Assembly (NCBI GenBank): GCA_964459595.1
Contig: CAYWLV010000001.1
Location: 84,056-148,055 of the forward strand
DNA from: an uncultured Gammaproteobacteria bacterium
GTDB lineage: Bacteria; Patescibacteriota; Microgenomatia; UBA1406; GWC2-37-13
DNA: 64,000 nucleotides
Direction of reading: 5' to 3'
A model generated the notes under the pieces. That model saw only the letters and a list, made by a program, of their open reading frames with translations. It was not told where the DNA came from and ran no database searches. This document shows, piece after piece, positions 1-9,602 of the stretch (the first letter of the stretch is position 1; every line of letters starts with the position of its first letter). Position numbers and translations under genes: made by a program.

Positions 1-879
1 TTGATACCCACCAAATAGAGAACGAATATAGTCTGGCAAATAGCGAGACATATATTCTATACCAAACCATCCTCCTGTAGTTGGAGTTGGTACAGCTGAT
101 TTCGTTATTGGGAGAAACGTTCCAAATAATGCAAGAAGCGATGATGCGCCAGGAAATGATCCACTCAAAGCTATGATGATGAGCATACTCCCCACTCCTC
201 CCCCAAAGTAAAGGAGATTATACACATCAAGTCGCTTTCCTCTTCTCGATTCAATGAAAATTTTTATGAAATAAAGCAATAGAAAGCTGCCGGTGAGTGG
301 GATGTTTGCATATTTTGTGAGAAAAAAACAAAATGGAACTATCGCACCAAGAACGAGAGTAACTCTATTAATCGGAGTAATCATGAGGGAGAGATTCGCC
401 ATAAACAAAAAGAGAGTGAGATTTTCCGCCATTGCGAGGCTCGGATACCAATAAAAGAAATAGTTTGTGACGTAGAGGAAGAGGGAGAAAAATAGAATTA
501 AGTTGTTAGTCGAGAGTCGTTGGTCGCTAGCTCCGATAACTTTTCTAAGTATTTTGTAGAAGAAGAGAAATGAGACGAGGGCTAATATAACATTTGTGAA
601 ATAGAACATCCGCACATCCTTGTTTAGGATAAAAATAGGAATAAGCGAAAGAGAGTAAAGTGGTGGAACGCCCATTTTGAGAGATCTTCCTTCTCGAGTA
701 ATCTGCAAGCCTTTCCCCTCAATGAAGCTTCGCGCACTGTTGAGATAGTGGATTGTATCGGGGTAGGGCTCTAAGTTGGGAATAAGGGTGCGCATTGAAA
801 ATGGATCTCGCAACAACAAAGCAATAAAGATGAAGAGCGCAATGAGAAACGGCCAGTGCTTTTTTACCATTTTCATCAT
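1..879 (-). CDS. Polytopic membrane protein, candidate GT-C (ArnT/PMT-like) glycosyltransferase. Only the 5' part is present; the gene runs off the window start.
   Basis: Manual minus-strand translation from the ATG at 879-877 gives MMKMVKKHWPFLIALFIFIALLLRDPF.... I checked all 293 codons down to position 1 and found no stop. The sequence is strongly hydrophobic. It is absent from the ORF track because it is open-ended. Confidence 0.5.
   Translation of the reverse strand, partial: MMKMVKKHWPFLIALFIFIALLLRDPFSMRTLIPNLEPYPDTIHYLNSARSFIEGKGLQITREGRSLKMGVPPLYSLSLIPIFILNKDVRMFYFTNVILALVSFLFFYKILRKVIGASDQRLSTNNLILFFSLFLYVTNYFFYWYPSLAMAENLTLFLFMANLSLMITPINRVTLVLGAIVPFCFFLTKYANIPLTGSFLLLYFIKIFIESRRGKRLDVYNLLYFGGGVGSMLIIIALSGSFPGASSLLALFGTFLPITKSAVPTPTTGGWFGIEYMSRYLPDYIRSLFGGYQ
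506..531. repeat. In-frame heptamer tract (GTCG/GGTCG flavour) inside a CDS
   Basis: ttagtcgagagtcgttggtcgctagc encodes GASDQRLSTNN on the minus strand. The 21-mer at 506-526 is identical to 8168-8188. Confidence 0.7.
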
Positions 880-929
880 TGTATCATAGGCTTTTGGGAA
901 AAGAAAAAAATGATACAATTGTTCACATA

Positions 930-3311
930 ATGAAAACAGTTTCCATTATTATCCCGGTATTTAATGAAGAGAATAATATTGTGAGCGTTATTGAAAGTGT
1001 ACTTTCTTCTGACACGCTTGGGCTTAAGAAAGAAATAATTATTGTTGATGACGGGAGCACGGACAATACCAAACTAAAAGTCGAAAAAATACTACAGGCA
1101 AAAGTGCAACTCATTTCTTTCCCAGAAAACAAGGGCAAGGGTGCCGCGCTAAAGGCAGGATTTAAAAGAGCATCGGGAGATATCCTTTTAGTTCAAGATG
1201 CGGATCGCGAATATAATCCTTCAGACTATAAAACACTTCTTCGTCCATTTCTTAATTACGTTGCTCAGGTTGTGTACGGAAGTAGGAATAGCAACAGGAA
1301 GACTTTTCATACAAAATATTCCTATCTCCCCTTTTATTGGGGTGGAATAGCGCTCACCTGGATAATAAATATTCTCTTTGGTACTCGCCTCACAGATCAG
1401 GCAACAGGATATAAAGTATTTGATGCACGATATAAACAGCTGTTAACTAGTCCAAGAGAAAATAGATTTTCATATGAAGTTGCAGTTACTGGGCTTCTCG
1501 CAAGAAGCGGAATCCAGATACGTGAGGTACCCATTCACTACACTCCCCGTACATTTTATGAAGGAAAAAAAATAGGCGTTTGGGATTTTATTGAAAGTAT
1601 CTTTGTTGCCCTTCGGTATTCTTTGAATCCTCTAATCCTTCCTCTTATTCTTATCCTATATTTTTGGAAAGATTCAATCTTTCACCTCTCAACTCAAATT
1701 CACGATTGGATGGATGGCACTTTTATGATTTGGACTGTTCAAAACAACATTGAGCACTTCAAAGCATTTGCGATTAGTAAATTATATGAAACGAACGCAA
1801 TGTACTCATTTCCTCACTCTCTCTCAATGACTGATCATTTTTACTTTCCTTCATTTATTGCCACATTAATTTCATTGTTTTCTTCAAACTATTTTTTGCA
1901 GTTTAATGTCTTAACAGTTGGCAACCATATTCTTCTCTTATTTTCATTTTATCTTCTTGCGGGACGAATCACACGAAATAGTTGGATTAAAACAATTTCA
2001 TCATTTTATTTTGCATTTGGTCCATATTTCTTTTTGCAAATGGGCCATTTACAAATGGTATTTCTCTGGCCCCTTATCTTATCTGTCTATTATTTGTCCG
2101 ATTCAACTAAATCTCCAACAAGCGTAGTCAATTCCGGTGTGTGGATGGGACTACAGTTTCTCACAGGAACTTATTTAGGAGTAATGGGTTTTTTACTTGC
2201 AACTTTGCATTTTGTGTGCTCGTATTTTTTTGATAATCAAAGATTTGATGTGATCAAACGGTATGCGCTTTTCCTTTTCTTTTTCTTGCTGGTAGGGATG
2301 GTATCTATCTATGGTTATTTTCAGGTGAATGCACTGTACCATCCGGTGAGGGAGCAGGGACAGTATGTGAGCTATGCAGCTCATATCACAGATTACTTAT
2401 TTACCGTTAACCGCTCTTTTATATACTCGCTTTTTCCTTCATGGACTACTCTAAATAATCACAATTCATCAGAGCGTGCGGCATTTATTGGCTTTCTCCC
2501 TCTCATAATTTTTGGTGTCTGGATTTTGTTTCAGAAAAAAAGATTAGTGCTTTCAATGAGCTTAAATAAAAATACAATCTGGCTTATTGCACTGTTTTGT
2601 ATTGGGTTTATATTTTCACTTGGTCCAAGATTTAACTGGAATGGAATTTATAAGGTGACTCCACTTCCCTACCTTGTTCTTTTAAAGTTGTTTCCTCCGG
2701 TTGGCATCATTCGAGCAACAGCAAGGTGGTATGTTTATATTCATTTTGCAGTTTCTGTAGGCATGGTGTATTTTCTTTCTCAAATAGAACCGATTCTGCC
2801 TAAAAAATCGAAAGCAGGTATTATGACTCTACTTTTTGCATTTGCAGTATTGGAGTTTTATGTGTCGCCAGTTCAAACAGTTCAAAAGGGTTATATTCGC
2901 GCCTCAGATACTTTTCTTAAAAAACAGTGTGTACTACAACCTGGTGCTATACTTGAGTATCCGTTTGAGTATCGAGCACCAGATAGAACTGTGGAAAAAT
3001 TTCTTGCAGCAAAAACAAATACGCTTATGTACTCAACACTTCATACATGTCCCACATTGAGTGGATTTTCAAGTTTTGAACCCCCTCTTTTTTTGACACT
3101 TCAACGAATCTTTGATTCTCAGGGATTTTCAGATACAACAATAACGCAGCTTCAGCAACTATCTATAACCTATGTTCGAGTATCTAAAAATCATCTCAAT
3201 AGTAAAGAGAAACAAAATCCGCAAAGCTATATTACATCCAACAAACTACACCAAATCTATTCTGATGTAGAATCAACAATATATAGAATTGATAAAAAAA
3301 ATTATGATTAA
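930..3311 (+). CDS. Fusion protein: N-terminal GT2 polyprenyl-phosphate glycosyltransferase (DPM1/ArnC-like) plus a polytopic membrane domain of about 560 aa
   Basis: The ORF is 879-3311 with a TTG start. The first ATG at 930 gives MKTVSIIIPVFNEENNI..IIVDDGSTDNT..KGKGAALKAGF..QDADREYNP, which are GT2 signatures. The rest is many hydrophobic helices. Confidence 0.75.
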   Translation: MKTVSIIIPVFNEENNIVSVIESVLSSDTLGLKKEIIIVDDGSTDNTKLKVEKILQAKVQLISFPENKGKGAALKAGFKRASGDILLVQDADREYNPSDYKTLLRPFLNYVAQVVYGSRNSNRKTFHTKYSYLPFYWGGIALTWIINILFGTRLTDQATGYKVFDARYKQLLTSPRENRFSYEVAVTGLLARSGIQIREVPIHYTPRTFYEGKKIGVWDFIESIFVALRYSLNPLILPLILILYFWKDSIFHLSTQIHDWMDGTFMIWTVQNNIEHFKAFAISKLYETNAMYSFPHSLSMTDHFYFPSFIATLISLFSSNYFLQFNVLTVGNHILLLFSFYLLAGRITRNSWIKTISSFYFAFGPYFFLQMGHLQMVFLWPLILSVYYLSDSTKSPTSVVNSGVWMGLQFLTGTYLGVMGFLLATLHFVCSYFFDNQRFDVIKRYALFLFFFLLVGMVSIYGYFQVNALYHPVREQGQYVSYAAHITDYLFTVNRSFIYSLFPSWTTLNNHNSSERAAFIGFLPLIIFGVWILFQKKRLVLSMSLNKNTIWLIALFCIGFIFSLGPRFNWNGIYKVTPLPYLVLLKLFPPVGIIRATARWYVYIHFAVSVGMVYFLSQIEPILPKKSKAGIMTLLFAFAVLEFYVSPVQTVQKGYIRASDTFLKKQCVLQPGAILEYPFEYRAPDRTVEKFLAAKTNTLMYSTLHTCPTLSGFSSFEPPLFLTLQRIFDSQGFSDTTITQLQQLSITYVRVSKNHLNSKEKQNPQSYITSNKLHQIYSDVESTIYRIDKKNYD

Positions 3312-4128
3312 GTCACTTCTTTCAATTTTATCTCATCCTCTTAATAAAAATGATAAGTGGAATACAGTATTAAGAGTTCTTTGGTGGAAAATGAATCAAC
3401 TATTATTCCGTCTTCCAGCAGTAGTTGAGCTTGTGCCAGGAAGAAAAATAATTTGCTATCCCGATAGTTCAAGTGGAGGTCTCATTATCTATAAACGGCT
3501 TTTTGATTATGAAGAGATGATGTTTTTACAAAAGCATCTTAATTCTACAAGCACATTTATTGATGTGGGTGTAAATATAGGAGACTATTCTCTTATCGCA
3601 TCGAGCATCATTAGAAAAAATACTATTCATTCGTTTGAGCCATTCAAATCTGTATTGAAAAGATTTCAAGAGAATATTCAACTTAATTCCATCCGCAATA
3701 TTAAAACTCATGAAATGGTGGTGTCTAACACAGATGGATACGAGTATTTTGATTCAGAACCCGAGTCTGAAGTAAACCACATTGCATATGTCAACTCTGC
3801 AAAATCAATTAAGATTCAATCTATTACCCTAGACACTTTTGCAAAGAATAATAATATTTCTCAAATCGATATATTAAAAATAGACGTGGAAGGGGCTGAG
3901 ATGAAGGTGCTACTCGGAGCAAAGAAGCTGCTTGCTAAGGGGAAAATTAAAATAATTCTTCTTGAGTTAAACCGTAATAATCAATCTTTTGGGAGTACAA
4001 ATAAGGAGATAGCATCGTATTTGAAAAAACATAAATACTCCCTCTTCACCCTCGATTCAGGATTTCTTTGCCCCCTTACCGGCATTCACAATAATGATAT
4101 TATCAATATTATTTGTATGAAAAAGTGA
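3304..4128 (+). CDS. FkbM-family SAM-dependent methyltransferase
   Basis: FIDVGVNIGDYS...FEP...IDILKIDVEGAEMKVLLGA is the typical FkbM pattern. The ATG at 3304 overlaps the upstream stop. The ORF track starts at a TTG at 3289. Confidence 0.75.
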   Translation: MIKSLLSILSHPLNKNDKWNTVLRVLWWKMNQLLFRLPAVVELVPGRKIICYPDSSSGGLIIYKRLFDYEEMMFLQKHLNSTSTFIDVGVNIGDYSLIASSIIRKNTIHSFEPFKSVLKRFQENIQLNSIRNIKTHEMVVSNTDGYEYFDSEPESEVNHIAYVNSAKSIKIQSITLDTFAKNNNISQIDILKIDVEGAEMKVLLGAKKLLAKGKIKIILLELNRNNQSFGSTNKEIASYLKKHKYSLFTLDSGFLCPLTGIHNNDIINIICMKK

Positions 4129-4943
4129 AAACTCCTCTAGCTTCGATACTCGTATGTTCTCATAACGCAGAAGAGTTTATTAAAAGTACTGTGCTTTCGA
4201 TTTTGAATCAATCATTTCGGGACTTTGAGCTGCTTATTCTTGATGACGATTCATCTGATAACACTGTACCCATACTCAAAGAGCTTCAAAGGGCTGATTC
4301 TCGCATATCTATTTTTGAAAGTAAAAAGAATTATGGCCCTTATAAGGGGCTTAATTTTCTGATTAATAGGGCGCGAGGCTCATATATAGCAATAAACGAT
4401 CATGATGATATCTGGCACAGTAGTAAGCTAGAAAAGCAAATTATCTACCTAGAATCTCATCCAGAAAGCGTAGGGTGTGGGAGTAGTATTATAAACTGGT
4501 ATGAGCAGTATCAGAAAGGAATTTTGAGAAAGCAGCCGCCGAACCATACTGTGGCCTGGCATACCTCACTCGTATTTCGGAATAATGGATATAAATACGA
4601 CCTTACAATATCCGTTGGTACAGATTTTTATTTTATGCATAATATTCTTTGCAAAGATGGTAATCGAATTCACAATATTGACGAGCCTCTTGTATTTAGA
4701 CGAATTTGGAAAGAACAAAAAAATCTTTCAAGCAGTTGGATGAAAAAGATGAGGATAACAGATATAGTCAAACTATATGTTCCTCTGGTTGATAAGCTTG
4801 CATTATTAAACAGAAGACTAATCCCCTCCGCAATTACAGAGTGGCTCTTGATACATATACTACATGCGTATAATGTAGTTACTCCCAATCAGATTCGAGA
4901 GAAAGAATTATTGAGAGAGTTTCGTCAATTTATAGTAGCGTAG
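4113..4943 (+). CDS. Glycosyltransferase family 2
   Basis: ASILVCSHNAEEFIKSTVLSILNQSFRDFELLILDDDSSDNT. The start is either TTG 4113 or GTG 4125, the latter giving a GTGA overlap with the upstream stop. Confidence 0.75.
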   Translation: MYEKVKTPLASILVCSHNAEEFIKSTVLSILNQSFRDFELLILDDDSSDNTVPILKELQRADSRISIFESKKNYGPYKGLNFLINRARGSYIAINDHDDIWHSSKLEKQIIYLESHPESVGCGSSIINWYEQYQKGILRKQPPNHTVAWHTSLVFRNNGYKYDLTISVGTDFYFMHNILCKDGNRIHNIDEPLVFRRIWKEQKNLSSSWMKKMRITDIVKLYVPLVDKLALLNRRLIPSAITEWLLIHILHAYNVVTPNQIREKELLREFRQFIVA

Positions 4944-7388
4944 CCAGTAGCCATCAATATCTATTGTTTTTCCTTCTCCCACTTTATAGTATTTTTTTAC
5001 TTCATTTATACCTAGATCTACATTATTAGTAAGCCATGGAAGAAAAACATAATATATGTTTCCTTGGTATTTCTTATCTTTATGAATGGCTAAATTTTCT
5101 GTATAAAGAACAGAAGGTTTGTAGGTGTTTTTAATTTTGTAAGTTAATATATATGATTTTTCGATATTCATATACTCATAATATGCAAGCCATTTATTCC
5201 GATGATATTTTTCATTTAATACATTAAATATAAGCGTATCAGAAGCAGCAACTTGTATCCTCTTGTTAAATGCATTAAGTAATCTATTGATATAAACATA
5301 TTCAGTATTGTAGACCATAGAATCGCATCTACTCGAAAAATCATCGCTGATTTTAAAAATAGTATGTTTCCCAAATTTCATAGAGCCAAAGTATTTAATT
5401 GATAGGGGATCAATTGAATAAAATAATTGAAACATATTAAATATGATTCCAATCACTGCAAAGCTAATTCCAAAACCTATTTTTTTGTCAAAAGATAAAT
5501 AGTAAAGAATCATTGTTATAAGAAAAAAAGGCGCCATTACTACGTAGCGAGGATGAGTAACAGTTACATAAGTCAAATTAAAGCAGAGGTATACGAGCCA
5601 TGTAATAATCAAAGCAAAATAGTATTTATTATGAAAAATGCTGCAATTTATCTTTTTATTAAGTAAAATCAAATATATTAAAAGTAATACGTATATCCAA
5701 CTCCCATTAAGAATAAAGATTTGTCCAAAACGTTGATACATAACGCTTGTATTTATCAGAAGTGAGGTATTTATACTTCCTACAGACCCTCCCCACACCT
5801 TTCCACCATTTACTACAACGTAAATTATAAAAACAAATAGAGGAATGAATAAAATAAAATATTTATAAATCAACCTTAGTATTGATAAAGTTTTTTGATT
5901 TATGTTGAACTTCATATAGTAAGGAGATATTTCTATTAAAAATAGAGACCCTATATATGCAGAGTAAATTAAAACTCCAATTTCCTTAGAGAAAAGGGAT
6001 AGCGTGCCAGCAAATACAGCAAGAATATAGTAGCTATGGCTAAGGAGTGTAATAAAAATGATAAAAAATGCAAATGAAGGATAATCTAATGAAATATTAA
6101 GCGAAGTTGAAAATAGAAGTGGAGTTGTACATATGAGAATTGAATATATAGATGAAAGGCCTCTACTTATAATAAAAATATTTCTATATAAATAATATAA
6201 GGAAATATACGTAGCAACACACAACATCATAAAGCTAGCTTGAAGTAATACAGTATTTCCAATTTGTAAAAAACTTAGAATACTAATAATAAATGCAATT
6301 CCATGCGATGAATGGCCATACCATTGGAACCCTCTAAAAAACTGAAAAAATGAAAAATCAAAGTTACTCATTCCTTCGACTGCAGACATAAAATTATTCC
6401 CTCCATCGAATCGAGGCAAATCTTTGAGAAAAGGCAAATATAATACTATTATAAAAATTGATCCAACTCCAATATATTTATCAATTTTCAGTTTTGAAAA
6501 AAAATAATTACTAGTCTTACTTGTGGTTATTAAATAGATAAATAGAATATGAAGAAAACTAAATAATATAAGTAAATCTATTTTTAGTTTTTGAAATAAA
6601 TATAGATCTCCAAAAAGAGCTGAATCGATAAAGAGGAGTAAGAAGAACATAACCATCGCAATTTCAAATTTCACTTTAGGAATTGATATTCTAGATACTA
6701 ATGACTTAATAAGCCTAATGTGCGTCTGAGTATCAAAATAATTTAATAATGATGTTAGTAAACGTCGTTTAAAGAAAAAAATTAAAAAAAATCCAATATA
6801 AAGAAAACTAGAAGAAATAATAGTGATGGGCTCTATATATGACAAATATGATCTTATCTTTAATAGTAGAAAGCTTTCAAGTGAGTTTAGAACGGATTTT
6901 TTAGTATAAATATATTTCACTAAGAATTTCCCTGAGTTGGAGATGCCTATCGAATTTTCACTTCTGCCTCGCTGAGATATAATTGTAATTTCATATGCTT
7001 TTCCTTTAGATTCTGTTTGCTTTGGAAATCCAAAAGGATAATATTCTGAATCTGATATATTTTTTGTGTTATATGAATTCAGATATATCCAGTTTAATTT
7101 CCCCCTTTCTTTTAGTCCGAACACAAGCGTATCATCATTATTTCGATTATATGTATTTATATATAGACTAACAATTCCCAAATTGTTTGTTTCAGCTTTA
7201 AATGAATAGGTTAGTTTTTGAGCTTTTTTTAATTCTGGTCGTTTGATGCTCGTTTGCAATACATTAGTAATTGTAAGTGGCGTATCAGAATATTTAATAA
7301 GCGCAAAGAAAAAAGAGATTATAAGGATACTAATTTGTACAGCAAAGCAAACTAGAAGTATTTTTCTATATTTAAAAATATTTCTCAT
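4908..7388 (-). CDS. Large polytopic membrane protein (826 aa) of unknown function, possibly a glycan polymerase/transferase
   Basis: Long ORF with an N-terminal TM helix, a soluble domain of about 170 aa, more than 12 hydrophobic helices and a soluble C-terminal domain of about 200 aa. GC is very low. I recognise no catalytic motif. Confidence 0.55.
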   Translation of the reverse strand: MRNIFKYRKILLVCFAVQISILIISFFFALIKYSDTPLTITNVLQTSIKRPELKKAQKLTYSFKAETNNLGIVSLYINTYNRNNDDTLVFGLKERGKLNWIYLNSYNTKNISDSEYYPFGFPKQTESKGKAYEITIISQRGRSENSIGISNSGKFLVKYIYTKKSVLNSLESFLLLKIRSYLSYIEPITIISSSFLYIGFFLIFFFKRRLLTSLLNYFDTQTHIRLIKSLVSRISIPKVKFEIAMVMFFLLLFIDSALFGDLYLFQKLKIDLLILFSFLHILFIYLITTSKTSNYFFSKLKIDKYIGVGSIFIIVLYLPFLKDLPRFDGGNNFMSAVEGMSNFDFSFFQFFRGFQWYGHSSHGIAFIISILSFLQIGNTVLLQASFMMLCVATYISLYYLYRNIFIISRGLSSIYSILICTTPLLFSTSLNISLDYPSFAFFIIFITLLSHSYYILAVFAGTLSLFSKEIGVLIYSAYIGSLFLIEISPYYMKFNINQKTLSILRLIYKYFILFIPLFVFIIYVVVNGGKVWGGSVGSINTSLLINTSVMYQRFGQIFILNGSWIYVLLLIYLILLNKKINCSIFHNKYYFALIITWLVYLCFNLTYVTVTHPRYVVMAPFFLITMILYYLSFDKKIGFGISFAVIGIIFNMFQLFYSIDPLSIKYFGSMKFGKHTIFKISDDFSSRCDSMVYNTEYVYINRLLNAFNKRIQVAASDTLIFNVLNEKYHRNKWLAYYEYMNIEKSYILTYKIKNTYKPSVLYTENLAIHKDKKYQGNIYYVFLPWLTNNVDLGINEVKKYYKVGEGKTIDIDGYWLRYYKLTKLSQ

Positions 7389-8589
7389 GAATTATTGACA
7401 AAAATGACAGTTTGAAGTTTTCAGAATCAAAAAGATTTGAAACAGCAACGGATTGAATATTATTTGAAAGTAAATGTAGTAAAGTGTTTGAAACTAGATT
7501 ATCTTGATTTTTGAAGAGATATTTTCGAGTATCCGCTTTATAAAGTGTATTTACTATCTCTGGCAGTCCTCCCCCATTATAGAGCACTGGGATGCAGCCT
7601 GCTGATATCGCCTCAACAGCCGCAATTCCAAAGTGCTCCATATTAATAGGATTGGTTTCTCCATAGCCCCCTGCATGCCAATATATTTTAGATTTGAGGA
7701 GCACATCCTCAACTTCCTTTCGATCCACATTCAAGTGAAAGAAAATGGGATAGCCTTTTGCCATTTCCTTGAGCTGTTCAATATAGCGAATTGAGGAAGG
7801 CTCAGTGCCAACGCCGCCAACGAGATGTAATTGCAAGTCAGTCGTGAGTCGAGGGTCGTTGGTCGATAGCACGGAATACAGCTCTTTAAATGCCTCAATG
7901 AGGATTTCTTGCTTTTTTCCGTGGCCTAAAGTGAAGAATCGGCCAACTGAAGCAATCCAGTTGAGTTTAGTCGTAGGTCGTTGGCCGTTAGCCGTTAGCA
8001 GTTTTACTGGTGGATATATAACTATCGCGTTTTTATTCCACATCTTTTTTATCCATCCCTTTACAAACTCAGAATGACAGATAAAAGTATCATATGAGTT
8101 CAGCCGTTTGACCATGTCAGGGTATACTCCAGCACGAAGTCTATCATTAAGCTTTTCATATAGAAAATTAGTCGAGAGTCGTTGGTCGATGGCCGATGGA
8201 ATGAATTTTTTTATAAATCTAAAAAACTGGAGGACATAGTTGAAGAGGCCGCTGCGGATAGTCGAAGGAAAATGCACATAGTAGATATTCCACTTTCCGA
8301 TTGCATAGGAATAGTCCATGAAGGAGATATTTACAAACAAGTCTACAGACGATAGTCGTTGGTCGAGAGCAAAGGAGCGAAGCGATTCTTCACTTTCAAC
8401 CTGCTTGAAGGTGACGTCTGAGAGGTCGATGTCGAGCTTTTCCTTAATTTTAGTTAGAGAGACAGAATCTTGAGATACAAATATCACCTCAAAACCCTCA
8501 TCTGCAAGTGTTCGAGCAATTGTGCACGCCACTACTTCCCCGCCGCCCAAGCCCGAGAGCCATTTGTCATAAATAATTGCGGTTTTCAT
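7372..8589 (-). CDS. Glycosyltransferase family 4 (GT-B fold)
   Basis: N-terminal GLGGGEVVA and C-terminal EHFGIAAVEAISAGCIPV, an E-x7-E-like motif. The gene carries four in-frame heptamer tracts. Confidence 0.75.
   Translation of the reverse strand: MKTAIIYDKWLSGLGGGEVVACTIARTLADEGFEVIFVSQDSVSLTKIKEKLDIDLSDVTFKQVESEESLRSFALDQRLSSVDLFVNISFMDYSYAIGKWNIYYVHFPSTIRSGLFNYVLQFFRFIKKFIPSAIDQRLSTNFLYEKLNDRLRAGVYPDMVKRLNSYDTFICHSEFVKGWIKKMWNKNAIVIYPPVKLLTANGQRPTTKLNWIASVGRFFTLGHGKKQEILIEAFKELYSVLSTNDPRLTTDLQLHLVGGVGTEPSSIRYIEQLKEMAKGYPIFFHLNVDRKEVEDVLLKSKIYWHAGGYGETNPINMEHFGIAAVEAISAGCIPVLYNGGGLPEIVNTLYKADTRKYLFKNQDNLVSNTLLHLLSNNIQSVAVSNLFDSENFKLSFLSIIHEKYF
7838..7870. repeat. In-frame heptamer tract in the GT4 gene
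   Basis: gtcagtc|gtgagtc|gagggtc|gttggtc|gatagc has period 7 and encodes VLSTNDPRLTTDL. Confidence 0.65.
7966..8002. repeat. In-frame heptamer tract in the GT4 gene
   Basis: gtttagtcgtaggtcgttggccgttagccgttagcag encodes KLLTANGQRPTTKLN. Confidence 0.65.
8168..8199. repeat. In-frame heptamer tract in the GT4 gene
   Basis: ttagtcgagagtcgttggtcgatggccgatgg encodes PSAIDQRLSTN. The 21-mer is identical to 506-526. Confidence 0.7.
8348..8370. repeat. In-frame heptamer tract in the GT4 gene
   Basis: gacgatagtcgttggtcgagagc encodes ALDQRLSSV. Confidence 0.6.
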
Positions 8590-9602
8590 TCTCTTTTGTT
8601 GTTTTTTAAAATTGCGTAATTATGCTCTATTGCATCAAGATGAAGTCCATGCAATTTATCTGCCCGTTTGGCTGAGAGTTCAAAGAAGTGAGAGAAGAAG
8701 AAGAGCGACACTTTCAAATATTGGCTTTGCTGAGCGAGGCGATTATGCTTTATGCCAAATGGAATTCGAAGAAGAGATTTTGCAAAAAACTTTAAATACT
8801 CTCTCCAAAATATTCGTCTTGGAAACCAGAAGAAAGTATGTAAAAGCCTTCCCAGCTCGCTATGATAGATAAAAAAGTTTGAGAACTCTCCCGCGGACGC
8901 TGCATGGACATGATGAACAACGGCTTTCGGCGCATACATGATTTTATATCCATGCATTTTTGCTCTTTCGGAGATCTCCACATCTTCGTAGTACATGAAA
9001 AAAGTATCATCAAGCAGTCCAATTTTTGTCAGGGCAGACTTTCGATACAACGCAGCAACAGCACAGGCAGCATACGTTTCTTTCTCTCTTTCAAATTGGC
9101 CAACATCTTCCGCATAGTCTTGCGAATGCCCTTTTACCACAGCGCCCACATCTCTTCCATATCCATCGTTAAACATAACAATTCCTGCATTTTGGATTTT
9201 ATTGGTTTTCTGCAGATATACTTTAGATCCAACTGCAAACACTTTTTCATCTTTTTCTGCCACTTTCACGAGCTCCGTGAGCCAATTGGAATCAACAAGG
9301 CAGTCATTATTGAGCAGAATAACATACTCACCTTTTGCAATTTTGATCCCTTCATTGTTTCCTCCAGCAAAGCCGAGATTTCGGGGAAGAGAGAGTAGTT
9401 GGTAGTTTGTAGTTAGTAGTTTATTTGATGAAATCCAATTCGAAATTATACTAGAGCTTTTGTCGCGAGAGGCATTATCTACAATAATCACTTCATATCG
9501 GACTTTTGGATAGGAAAGATGAGAAAGTGACTCTAATGTATCTTTTATGAACTTTTCTCCTTGAAAATTAAGAACGATGACGCTGCAAAAGGGGTATGAC
9601 AT
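8586..9602 (-). CDS. Glycosyltransferase family 2
   Basis: CSVIVLNFQGEKFIKDTLESLSHLSYPKVRYEVIIVDNASRDKS...LLNNDC. There is a 4-nt overlap with the downstream GT4 gene. Confidence 0.8.
   Translation of the reverse strand: MSYPFCSVIVLNFQGEKFIKDTLESLSHLSYPKVRYEVIIVDNASRDKSSSIISNWISSNKLLTTNYQLLSLPRNLGFAGGNNEGIKIAKGEYVILLNNDCLVDSNWLTELVKVAEKDEKVFAVGSKVYLQKTNKIQNAGIVMFNDGYGRDVGAVVKGHSQDYAEDVGQFEREKETYAACAVAALYRKSALTKIGLLDDTFFMYYEDVEISERAKMHGYKIMYAPKAVVHHVHAASAGEFSNFFIYHSELGRLLHTFFWFPRRIFWREYLKFFAKSLLRIPFGIKHNRLAQQSQYLKVSLFFFSHFFELSAKRADKLHGLHLDAIEHNYAILKNNKRE
9391..9424. repeat. In-frame heptamer tract (GTTAGTA/GTTGGTA flavour) in the GT2 gene
   Basis: gagagtagttggtagtttgtagttagtagttta encodes NKLLTTNYQLLSL. 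It shares agtagttggtag and gtagttagtag with 59121-59150. Confidence 0.6.
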
